This document shows positions 49,030-60,651 of a DNA stretch of 64,000 bases, piece after piece. Position 1 is the first letter of the stretch, and each line of letters starts with the position of its first letter. The notes below the pieces were generated by a model that saw only the letters and a program-made list of their open reading frames with translations, searched no databases and was not told the DNA's origin. The DNA is taken from the NCBI GenBank assembly GCA_028534125.1, contig CM052817.1, forward strand, positions 56,484,001 through 56,548,000. The letters are read 5' to 3'. The DNA comes from Lama glama (lineage: Eukaryota). Both the position numbers and the translations under genes were made by a program.

Positions 49030-49800
49030 CATTAATCATGTATTAACTGAATTTTTATTGACTGCCTACTAGGTATCAGACACTATTTTGGGCACAGTGC
49101 CCAGAATCGACAAGAGTTTTCCATGTGTGATCTGTGAATTTCATTCTAGGGAGGAGATAGACAATGAGTAAATATACAAACAATCTACTAAGGTAGGAAG
49201 TAGAATGAATGAAAGCAAAGCAGAAAAAAATGACAGTCAGTGTAAGAATGGCAGTGGATCTGCTCTTTTATCGGAAAACACAGTGAAAGCCTCCCTGGTT
49301 AGGAGACATGTGCACAGATAACTAAGGGAAGTGATGGAGCTCTTTAGTGAAGTTCCTGGAGGAAGAAGAAGAGCACTTTATATTTTCTATGTTTACTAAC
49401 CAAACCACAAAGAGGGCAGAGTGCCTGGAGGTAAAGGAACAGGGGAACTACAGATGGAGACTGAGGAGGGTGAAAGAGTCCATTTCACACAAGAACTACA
49501 GGGAGAGTTCTTTTGGGCTACACACTCCATTGAAAATCTAGTTTAAGTCTGAATGAGCTAGGGATCCATAGCAGAATTTTGAGCAGAATATTGATATGAA
49601 TGAATAATTTTTTTAATCACTCAGTTGTTTATGTGCAGAGTAGATGTCAGGGGCAAGAGTGGAGGTATGGAGGGGACATGTCAGGAGGAAACCACAGCAG
49701 TTCAGCTGAAAGAGAATGGTGGTTTAGATCAACGGTAGCAGTGGAAGTATGGATTCTGGATATTTTTTAATACAGAACTAGGAATTTCTACCACATTGGC
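49030..49800 (-). mobile_element. L2 LINE
   Basis: TTTATTGACTGCCTACTAGGTATCAGACACTATTTTGGGCAC...GAATTTTGAGCAGAA...ATGGATTCTGGATATTTT. Confidence 0.85.
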
Positions 49801-49802
49801 CA

Positions 49803-50226
49803 TGGCATTTTTCCTCTCCAGTATTTTTGCTATAAGCTTCCTTGCCATTAAACATCTTTCCTGTATAAGTAATTTTCCATTAGGCAATTTTGCCATGAAA
49901 GATAAAATAACTGCTTGACAGTTTTTCTTTTGACAGTTTGGTTTCAACTGGTTGAAATGCATTAGCATTTATGGAGCAAACAGATGATCTATCCCAAGAA
50001 CTGGTTTCTTATTTTGAAACACAAATGTTTTGTATTTCACAATAAAGTGTTTTTAATTTTGTTATTCATTTCTTATTATTCATTATGTCCTTTTTTAATG
50101 CCCTTTTATTTTTTGTTATTTTATCTTTTATGGCAAAATTGCCTTATGGGCAATTACTTAAGTGGCAAAAATGCTTGCGGCAAAGATATCTACAGCAAAG
50201 ATTCTTACAGGGAAAGTATCTAAAAC
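49803..50226. mobile_element. Non-autonomous DNA transposon with long TIRs, probably MULE/MuDR
   Basis: Inner TIR arms 49866-49911 and 50115-50160 match at 42/46 as reverse complements, with weaker extension outward; internal ALAFMEQTDDLSQELVSYFET (49959-50021). Confidence 0.65.
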
Positions 50227-50639
50227 TGGAGTTTTTTAATATCCCGGTAAGATCTTCCCTACTCCCACACAACCTCAAATTCCCCCACTGAAACTCTTAT
50301 GTTCTCAGTACATCTAATTTAAATTAGCAAGACAGAGAAAACTATTGGATCACTGATAGTTGCCTTTTAACTCTTTCAGGGGCTCTTGTGGTAAAAAAGA
50401 AAACAAAATGAATATTAATTTGACTAATCTGAAATTCACAGGCTCTTGTGAAGTGCATTAAAATGAAGAATAGCGTGATAATGTTGGGAGCATATTAAAA
50501 TGGAAGGGAGTAAAAGAGTCATTTGTATGAAAAAGTCAATTAAAAGAACAAGTTTATAGGTCAGTTATATATGCCCCTATAATGCTATGTCATCACTAAA
50601 TTTACAAGGCCTAACAAGATATATTAAAGAAGAGGTTAA

Positions 50640-50865
50640 ATAAATGAGTAGGCTTTGAAGGTTGGTGGCCTGTCTTCTAATTCTGACTCTGCAATTGCCT
50701 AGCTTTGTGACTTTAGCAAAATGACCAACCTCTTCATGTCTCATTTTTCTCATCTAGAGAACTGTCGTGATGATGGTAATACCACTTACCTCATAGAGCT
50801 GTTGTGAGCAGTCAATGACTTTACAAATTACACTTATAATAGCGCTCAGCAAATAATAAGTATTC
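50640..50865 (+). mobile_element. MIR SINE
   Basis: TAATTCTGACTCTGC...CTAGCTTTGTGACTTTAGCAAAATGACCAACCTC...ACCTTACCTCATAGAGCTGTTGTGAG. Confidence 0.85.
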
Positions 50866-52550
50866 ATTGCATATGAATAAGTACTCATTAAATAAATTAA
50901 AAATATATGTATGTGTATACACACACACACATATATGCTAAAGCTTCTTTCCAACTTTAGATAGTATTTTCCATATACAAAATATCTTTACTAACATGGT
51001 GATTTATATAACAATCTGTAATGTATTTTTTGGATGCTAACAAACCACTTAAAGGAAGTTTAATCTCTAAAAATCCAAGAAGAAACTTAATAGTGCTACT
51101 ATGATAATATTTGATGGAAGAAAAATCATTCAAAATTCTTATCAGAAATAAAGCAATATATATAGACCAAAAACATAAATACTGTATTTGTTCTTTTCCA
51201 GCACTGGGTTAAATTCTACTAATATAAATTTGAATCAGGAGCATAACACTAACGCAAACAGTGTGGTACTAAGATTTGAAATAGACTTTTGTACTATTTG
51301 AAGACAACAACTTCATCTCCTCTTAGGGGAAAAAAAAAGCCAGAATCCCCCAGAGCACGACCATGACTATGAAATCAGAGTGAAATGTGTTGAAGGCCGT
51401 TTTCTTGATCGTTTGAATGTCACTTTAAACATGTCTGTATAAAAACATTCTGAATTGCTTTGCAGTAGAGAATCAGTATTTTGGTGATTTGCAGTTTAAT
51501 TCTGATAAACAACTTTCACAGTAAGGAGTACTGGTTTCTCTGTCATAATTAGCTCTAAATATAGAAGTGCTCTAATTTAATGGTCTAGATGAAAGGGATT
51601 TTTTTTAAATCCTTGGAAGCAGACTCTGCCTTCTATTTATTTAGAGACCACCCCCATATTTCCACAATGTTCATGATTGAAGAATTGTGCCAATTATTTG
51701 CACCTGTATATCATTTGCACCTGCATCGCTGGTAACTTGAGGAAAGGTGGCTTCAGTGGGAACCAGTTATAATAATTCTGGTGATTTAGGTACAGAGAAT
51801 AACACTACTGCTGGAATATCTTCACTGTCGTTTGAAAATTTTGTTGACATTTTTACCCCTGAAAAGTGTTCACTGTGGTTGCAGAAGTGTACCAGGCCGA
51901 TTGTTTTATAGTATAAGAGATTTATTCTATTTCAAAGGTGTTCATCATAGCATTGTCTTTGGCAACCGAAAATATGTCATGCAGGATTGCACTCTGTTAT
52001 CAAATGACATTAGTCAAAGATCTGAGGTTACTCTGAGGTGAGGAAATAAACTGAAATTTGGAGTGTTGAGCATGGCACATAGAATGATGCTCTACTCTGG
52101 ACTAGTAATAAATCTACTGGGGACAGTGTTAGTCTTTCACAATAGTAAAGAGTTTTGTTGGCTTTAAAACACGAGTCAGAGAAGTTCAGATTTTAATGTA
52201 TTTGGTAATTTGGGGGAAAGAAAAAAGGAGATAAAGAAATGAAAACATAGATATTCCCTTCAAATTCTATATTTTTAAGAATATTTCATATTATGAGAAC
52301 TATGCACTATATATTTCATAAATGACAAATTTAAGAGAAGATCTAAAGTTATTACAGTTATTATGGCAGATCCAAATAACAATTATATTTACAGTGGTTA
52401 TAATACTTTTTCACCCATTACATTTAAAATATACACATATGGTAGGAAATTGTAACTAAGAATGATATGGGTTTTTTTGGTTTTATTATATCAATATTTT
52501 CTATTAACTAGTCAATGAATTAAAAACCACACAAAAATTAAAGTTGCTTA

Positions 52551-54243
52551 GCAGATGGAAAGATAAACCATATTTTTGAATTGGAAGAATTAATGCTGTT
52601 AAAAAGAACTTACTGTCCAAGGCAATCTACAGATGCAATGCAACCCTTACCAAAATACCAATGGCATTTTTCACAGAACTAGAACAAATAATTTTAAAAT
52701 TTGTATGGAAACACAGAAGAGCCCAAATAGCCAAAAGGTCTTGAGAAAGAAGAACAGAGCTGGAGGAGTCATGCTCCCTGTCTTCAGACTGTAGTTCAAA
52801 GACACAGTAATCAAAACAGTATGATACTGGCTTAAAAAAAAAATCAATAGAACAGAATAGAGAATAACCCCAGAAATAATCCCATGTATTTGTGGTCAAT
52901 TAAATTACAACAAAGGAGACAAGAGTACACAATGGAGAAAAGACAGTGTTTTCAAAAAGTGGGGCTGGGAAACTGGACAGCTACATGTAAACAAAATTAG
53001 AACAGTCTTTAACACTATATACAAAAATAAAGTCAAATGGGTTAAAGACCTAAATGTAAGACTGGAAACCATAAAACTCCTAGAGGAAAGCACAGGTATA
53101 CTACTTTCTGACTTAAACTGTAGCAATTTGTTTTTTGGATCTATCTCCTAAAGCAAAGGAAATAAAAGCAAAAATAAACATATAGGGCCTAGTTAAACTT
53201 AAAAGTTTTTGCACAGCAATGGAAACCACTGACAAAACAAAAAGATGACCCACTGAATGCGAGAACATATTTGCTAATCCATAAGTGGTTAATATTCAAA
53301 ATATTTAAGTAGCTCATACAACTCAAAATAAAAAAAATAAACAATTCAATTTTAAAAAAGGGCAAAAGACCTGAATAGACTTTTTTCCCAAAGAGGAAAT
53401 GCAGATGACTAACAGACAAATGAAAAGGTACTCAAAATCACTAATCATCATGGAAATGCAAATCAAAACCACAATGAGGTTATCACCTCATACCTCTCAG
53501 AATGGCTATCATCAAAACGAACATAAATAACAAATGTGGGCAAGGATGTGGAGAAAAGAGAACTCTTTTACACTGTTGGTGGAAATGTAAATTGGTGCAG
53601 ACACTGTGGAAAATAATATGGAGGTTTCTCAAAAAACTAAAAATAGAACTACCATATGACAGAACAATTCCACTCCTGGGTATAGATCTGAAAAAAACAA
53701 AAACCCTAACCTGAAAAGATGCACCCCAATGTTCATAGCAGCTTTATATACAGTTGCCAAGATACAGAGGCAAACTAAGCATCTATCAACAGATGAATGA
53801 ATAAAGAACATACACAATGGAATACTACTTAGCCATAAAAAAGAATGAAGTTTTGCTATTTGCAACACTATGGATGGGCTTGGAGGGTATTATGCTAAGT
53901 GAAATAGGTCAGACAGAGAAAGACAAATACTGTATGATACCACTTGTATGTGGAATCTAAAAAAAATATAAGAAACTAGTGAATATAACAAAACAGAAGC
54001 AGATTCATCGATATAGAGAACAAACTAGTGTTTACCAGTGGGGAGGGGTGAGGGATTAAGAGGTACAAGCTATTACGTATATAATAAGCTAAAGGCTATA
54101 TTGTACAAGATAGGGAATATAGCCAATATTTTATAACAACTATAAATGGAGTATAACCTTTAAAAATTGTGAATCACTACACTGTACTATTGTACACCTG
54201 TAACATAAATATAGTACATCAACTATATTTCAATTTTAAAAAA
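52551..54243 (+). mobile_element. 5'-truncated artiodactyl L1 (ORF2 C-terminal part plus 3'UTR)
   Basis: ORF2 remnant (ORF 53502-53714 [28 protein letters not shown]...[13 protein letters not shown]), 3'UTR, A-tail; imperfect TSD AAAGTTGCTTA (52540-52550) / AAGATTGCTTA (54243-54253). Confidence 0.95.
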
Positions 54244-55844
54244 AGATTGCTTATTTAAAAGAACTTGAGATATTTTCTAAAACATGGTTCAGTAATTATT
54301 AAAAAAAATTAGAAAATATTTTTAGGATATAAGGATGTGAGCCAAAAGTCACATTCTTAAGATCTGTCAATTTTAATTATTTTTAATTCCTTGAGTGCTT
54401 TCACCTGCTAGTGTGTATTATTTACTGCTGCTTTGTTGTGTTCGTATATTTTCCTTAAGTCTCATGCCTGAATTTCTTCTAATTAGTTCTGTTTGTGTAA
54501 AAAAAAAAAAACAAACTAATAAATGTAAAATTTATTTTAGTTTCCCAAGGCATCCTTATTAACAATAGAGTGTAGACAGGCCAATGCTGAGCTCTTTGTG
54601 TATACTCACTTAACAAAGTAGGTTGTAGTATTATCTCTCTCCCTAAAAACTTTGCTTCTATTATGACATTATTCAAATTCAAATTCCACAGATGAAACGA
54701 AAACCATCTACTAATTAAGGATAAGGAACAGCTTCCTACACTTACTCATGATTAGTACAATATTAAAACTCAATTTCTAGAATTCCAATTGGGAAATTTT
54801 TTACAATTACCATAAAGTTATGTTATTAGGAAGGAGGAAGACAGAAAACAAAAACAAAGAAATAAGAATGAATGGACACATTACTAGACAATGGACTTTC
54901 AAAATAATTTCTAAACTAATTGCTAAATATTTAATAGACATATAATTTGCACATACCTATATATTGCACATATATCTGAATATGCATGTATATATTCTAC
55001 CAAATAGCAGTTTAAGTTGTGTAAGTTAATTTCACTTTCATTATCTAATTTGATTTGAAAATTGATAAACCTTATTGTTTTTTACTAATAAGCTATATTG
55101 AAAAAGAGCAAAATGCAAAAACAAAATTTTGTATGTCTAAAATTCCAATGGTTCATTGTTTGATTTCATCAATTAAAAAGAAAAGATGTACTCATTGAAT
55201 GCTTATTCAGGTATGACCTAAACTAAAAAATATCTTTCCTAAATCATGAGAATAATTAAATAACATGGGAAACTCATAAAATTCACACAAACACACACAC
55301 ACACTCACACACAGATTAATTTCAAATTGTAAAAACATCTAGGAGTTGGAACTTGAATCTACATGCAATGGAAGTCATTGAGTGATATTAAGCAACTGAG
55401 TATCCCGTATTAAGTTTTAAAAAAATCACTCTTTTTTTTATGTTTATATTTAATTCTCTGATTACTCTAGTCTATTTTTATCCACTATATTTAATATTAA
55501 CGCTGCTCTTACTTTGTGTTTTCTATCTTCCTTTTTCTATCTCTACTTCTATCACAGTATCTGTGTTTCAATAATTTGCCTATGTCTAGGACAACGGATT
55601 TATGGAGGCACTTAATAATCTTTAGATATCAGGCATATCACATTTTCTAGGGATGACTTTACCGACAGTATCCCCAGAGTGGTCTGACCAATAAGAAAGA
55701 ACCAGTTGAAGCGAATCGGTAATGTGACAAAGCCTGAAAATGGGCCTGGGACTTTGGATTTCAAAATAATGAAAAGGATGGGAGATAGAGCACAGTGAGA
55801 AAGAGGTCTTACATGTTAAGTAAGCACACTTCAAACTTAAAAGA

Positions 55845-56095
55845 AAATAACAGTAATAAGCATGACTGATTATATAACCTTTTTTATTCTACAAAGAGCT
55901 TACGCATTAACTCATTTTACCCTGGCAACCACTTTACGAGATACTTTATCTCTATTTTAAAATCAAGGAAGGAAAGCAAAAAGGGGGCTAAGTGACTGCC
56001 TTGGATCACAAACTTGTAAATGACAGAGCAAGGTCTTGAACCTAGGTCATCCGGTAACAGCTCCAGGACTATTTCCATCACTCCCCATAGTGTTC
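55845..56095 (-). mobile_element. MIR SINE
   Basis: GCATTAACTCATTTTACCCTGGCAACC...GCTAAGTGACTGCCTTGGATCACAAACTTGTAAATGACAGAGCAAGGTCTTGAACCTAGGTC. Confidence 0.85.
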
Positions 56096-56944
56096 CACAG
56101 CCAAGCCCTGGAAAATTAAATGTCTCAGATGGATGGGAGCTCTTAAGGAGCAATCTCAATGAGGGGTTGAAGGGAACTTTATAAGAATCACTTGTGAGGT
56201 TTTTTTTTTTAACCATACACACACACAATCAACAAGATGCTATATACACAGACTCTGCTATACCTAATTTGGGGTACTGTCATAGTGAGCTATTGATATT
56301 GATGGGAATGATCATCAAGGGGTATAAGGATGTTTAACAGAAACAGCTGAGAATCAATGATCCAATAATTCCATTCTGAAAAATAATCTTGGGTAATTTT
56401 TACCTGAAAGTAAGAAGAACTGTAATAAAAATTAACAAAAGTGCCAAGGTGATCACTCAGTAAATTAGTATGGAATAAGCTTGTACAGAAGATGAACAAA
56501 AGTTATATCAAAGCATAAAAAGAACATTTGTTTATCTGAGATTTTGTGAATCTGAGAGAAGAATGTCAGGAAGTTTTAGATTCAGAATACGTTGACACAA
56601 AGTGAAAAAGCAACAAAAGAGATGTTTATCAGTCAAAGAAATGAAACTCTATTTTTATTATAAAATAAAACATTTTCATAGCAAAGAAATATATAAAAGA
56701 AATTTAAAATTACCAAGAACTCATAACCTAGAGATAAGCACTACTAAATTTATAAATTATTTTCTTAATCACATATGTACACTTTGTTTTAACTATTTTT
56801 ATTGTTTTCCAGAAAGGGTAAACATATTTATATAGTCACCATATATATGAAAACTTTTGTTAAAAATAATAATTTACCCTGTTGATTTTCTCTCTGCAAA
56901 GACATGCTAGTAAGTGCTTTATATGCATTACCTTATTTAATTAT

Positions 56945-57085
56945 TTTTTAAAATTAAAGTATAATTGACATTTAACATATAACACTGTGTAAGTTCAAGA
57001 GGTACAATATGTTGATTTGATGTGTTTATGTATTACAGTATGATTTAACATTAGCTAACACCTCTATCAAGTCACATAATTATCA
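56945..57085 (-). mobile_element. L1 (L1MA9-like) extreme 3' end
   Basis: TTAAAGTATAATTGACA...GTACAATATGTTGATTTGA...TTAGCTAACACCTCTATCAAGTCACATAATTATCATTT. Confidence 0.75.
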
Positions 57086-57599
57086 TTTAATTCTTTTAAA
57101 TGACTTTTTAGTGCCCCTTTCCTATTTTAGAATAACAGTGCTTATTAAAACTATTTGAACTCTTTTTAGTTTAACAATATAACCCTTTCTCTGGCATACC
57201 CAAAGAAGATTTAATGCTAATTTTAAAGAAAAGTAAATAGAAGAGTTTTGCACATGGTTAGTATTTAGGTAGGAGTGAAAAGCAGCAGATAAGAAAGTAG
57301 GTTTATTCTGTGAATCTTCAGGAAAATCACTGAATTTTGTTTATGTAAAAATATTTTACAAGCTATAACTTAATATAAAATGATCAAGCAACTGTTACTA
57401 CTATTATAATTATTAGTGACTAAGATATTAAAGTCAGATTTCAGTTTATTAAAAGAAAAAACTTCAGGGAGTCCGGATGAACCCATTCCTGTCACTGGAA
57501 GTGCTCAGAGACATCTCAAAATGTAATAAGCACTTATGTGTGTGTTCACATATATGTGTATGAGGTGGGGGTGGTGCTTACACCCATCCTGTTGGTTTG

Positions 57600-58480
57600 T
57601 CTAGTCATCCAATTAACACTTTCTTTGAAGTCTACTATACATAAGATCTTGTGATAGATACTAGGTGGAAAACATTGATAATAAATATCACTTTGTAGTC
57701 TAGTAGGGGTGATAAAATATACAAACACAAAATGTAATATTAAGTATGAACACAATTTAGGATGGGATAATATTTCTTTTAGATAGCACAATCAAGTAAG
57801 TTTCCATGAGTGAATTACCATTAGAACTATTGCTGGACAGAAAAGTTTAAGACATGTTGGTAGAAAAGGTAGTAGTAGTATAGATGGAAAGATGGTGAAA
57901 AAATTATATAATTTACAACAAGCAAAAATAAATACAGTAAGCTACGTTTCAGAAGCAGCCACGGGAAGAGAACAGGAGACAGAACCTTAATGTAAGTTTG
58001 GTAAAGAATAGCATGTTTCAACTTGAGAAGTTTGAGGAGTGAATATTATACCACAAGAGGCTGATACATTGTATTATTTGATGCTTACTCTTAAAAGAAT
58101 AAAAAGAAGAGCATTTTGGGAAAAGAGTTTGAATCAGGAAGGCCCAAGAAAGCTTATGCAAGGAAGAGATAATTCGTGTTTGGTATCTCTGGAAATAGAG
58201 CCAATGAGATGTGAGAGTGATTGCATGCATAGAATTTAGAACTGAATGAGTGGTATGTAGAATAAGAAATGATGATGCTGAGAATCTAAGCATGTTGGTG
58301 CTATTAACAAAAACATAAAATTAAAAAGAAGAGCAACTTGAGTGGGGGATATATTTAGTTTGATTTGGTACTTGTATAACCCAGATGTCAGCTGAAGTAG
58401 CCTGTCCTTAGCTATTTCAATCAAAATGGCAAGAATATCTAACTATATGCATCAAGAGTTTTGGAAAAGAAGTAGTGAGG
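57600..58480 (-). mobile_element. L2 relic
   Basis: TCATCCAATTAACAC...TGTAGTCTAGTAGGGG...; GATATTTAGTTTGATTTGGTACTTG. Confidence 0.55.
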
Positions 58481-58935
58481 GATGTGGGCAACTTTACCAA
58501 TTGTGCTTAGTTCTGTGTTTCAACTTCTGTTGAAATAATTCACTTTACAGAAAACATTTCCATCTTATGCATGCTGATTATTCCTTACCATGTGGATATA
58601 ATCATAAAATTTAATCCCCTGCATATTAAAATGTCTAATATATTATCAACTATTAAAAAATATGAAAGAAAACTTCTAAACTTATGTGAACACAATGCTT
58701 CAACAAAAGAATTATTTAATTACAAGTGGGCTAACCTTATAATTAAGCATGGTTATTTTTGAATTCGTAGCTCATTCAGACATAAACTACAGTTAGACAA
58801 TTTCACAAATTCTTAAAGTTTTTCTCAACCAACATAAGGGGGGGATATCTATTTCTATCCAGGCCCTAAATTAATTAATGATTTACTTCAATTGACAGTG
58901 ATGAGCATTAATTATCACATTTTGTTTTACTTGGG

Positions 58936-59521
58936 TGTGGTGGGCAGTCTCTAAGATGGCCCACAAGGATACTTACTTCCTAGTATTCACATCCTCTTAT
59001 AATATCCTCCCCTTTAGTGCAGGCTGGACATAGAGTCACGTTTCTAACACATAAAATGCAGGAAAAATTTATATTATGTCACTTCTGAAATTAGCTTATA
59101 AAAAGACTGAATTCTATACGATTGTTCTCTCTTGCTCTGAGGAAAGTCAACTGCCATGGTGTGCTCCACCCTGTGGAGAAGCCACTAAGCAAGAAGCTAA
59201 AGGAAGTCTCTGACCAACAACCAGTGAGGAACTGACATTTTCAGTCTAAGAGCCTGTGAGAAAGTTTTTTTTTTTTTTTTAAATTACTTGAGTGAGCTTG
59301 GAAGTGAATCTTCTTTCATTTGAGTCTTCAGAAGAGATCACAACCCCGGGTGACAGGCTTGACTGCATCCAGCTGGGTGGCTTAATTGCACCTAGCGGGA
59401 CAGGGCACCTAGCTAAGGCAAGCTTGACTGCTGACCCACAGAGAACGTGGGCCATTAAATATTTCTTGTTTGAGCTGCTAGATTTTGGGATAAAGTGTTC
59501 AACAGCAATAGGTAACTAACA
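58936..59521 (+). mobile_element. MaLR solo LTR (MLT1F-like)
   Basis: TGTGGTGGGCAGTCTCTAAGATGGCCC...GAGTGAGCTTGGAAGTGAATC...CTGACCCACAGAGAAC...CAGCAATAGGTAACTAACA; TG...CA ends. Confidence 0.9.
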
Positions 59522-60651
59522 CGTTAGGAGAAATTTAGAGGTGCATTTCCATTCCATAAAATACCTCATATACCAAGCACATTAATGTGATCCTGGCACT
59601 GAGCAAAATAAAGGCAAGAGCTTATCTCCTACTTTCATTGTATCTATTTTTTGTAATTTATATAAATTATCTCTTGGGACTGGAACTAGTCAAGCCTTGC
59701 TGCATTATATCAGCTAGTGATGGTTTATTAAGAATTTTTCTCCTAGACATCTTAGCCTGCTTCATAAGATTGTCTAAGGATTTCTGGGCACAAACAGATA
59801 CTTCTGAAGATCTGGAGAGGTAAAGCACATTTACACTGTAGAAATGTGAACAACATAGACACAAACACTATTCATTCTGTTTTTTAAAAGTACTGGGGTA
59901 TCTCTGCTGGTTCAGATTTTAGAGTCCTACCATGTTACTTCAGCTTCTTTTTCCTATGTTGTCCCTCTCTGCTCATTTTTATTTTTTACCCACCCCCAAA
60001 TTATTCTTCATTTCTTCTTAGGGCCAATTTGTTTTGATGACTTGTTTCTGGCAAATTTAAGTCATCATTTTCTTGTTCTCCACCCACAGGTTTCTCATAA
60101 ATGTATATTGCCAAACAAGGAAATTTTCTTCTAGATGACTAATTCTAGTGACAAGTTGTTAAGATAATATTTGTTTTTTGCCCTGGTGCATTGGATTTGA
60201 GGAGTCGGCTAACAACTTAATTATCAGCTTATGCTTTAGAAAAGATTGGTGATATGGGATAAAGTCATTCTCTAGAGAGAAGCCATCTTCAAGATAGGCT
60301 AATTGTTTTAGTTTAGCAGTGGCAAAAGGAGATCTACCGAAGGAATAAAAAAGGCCCCCAAATGAAACTTGTTTTAGGACATTCTGACTATAATCAATCA
60401 GGTTTTTTTTTTTACCCCAGTTTGACACTGAAAATAAGCTTCATAAAAACTATTTAGAATGGCATCTCACAGTGCATACAGCACCTCTCAGAGTTGGTAA
60501 AAGCACTTCCAAATTGACATTGTAAATTTTATTGCAAATGAGGTAGGAAGAAATCTTTTGAGTCTATTTGAACCAGAGGGATGATCCCAGGCAAATGTAT
60601 TTTGTAAAATAATGTAATAAAAATATCTTTTACAAAAAATAACATAGTGGC

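Noticed and set aside
52627..53868. Cluster of ORFs on both strands
   Set aside because: Fragments of frameshifted L1 ORF2 or its antisense, not host genes.
59747..59819. 73-nt plus-strand exon candidate (ILACFIRLSKDFWAQTDTSEDLE)
   Set aside because: Moderate splice sites only, unrecognised peptide, no supporting neighbours.
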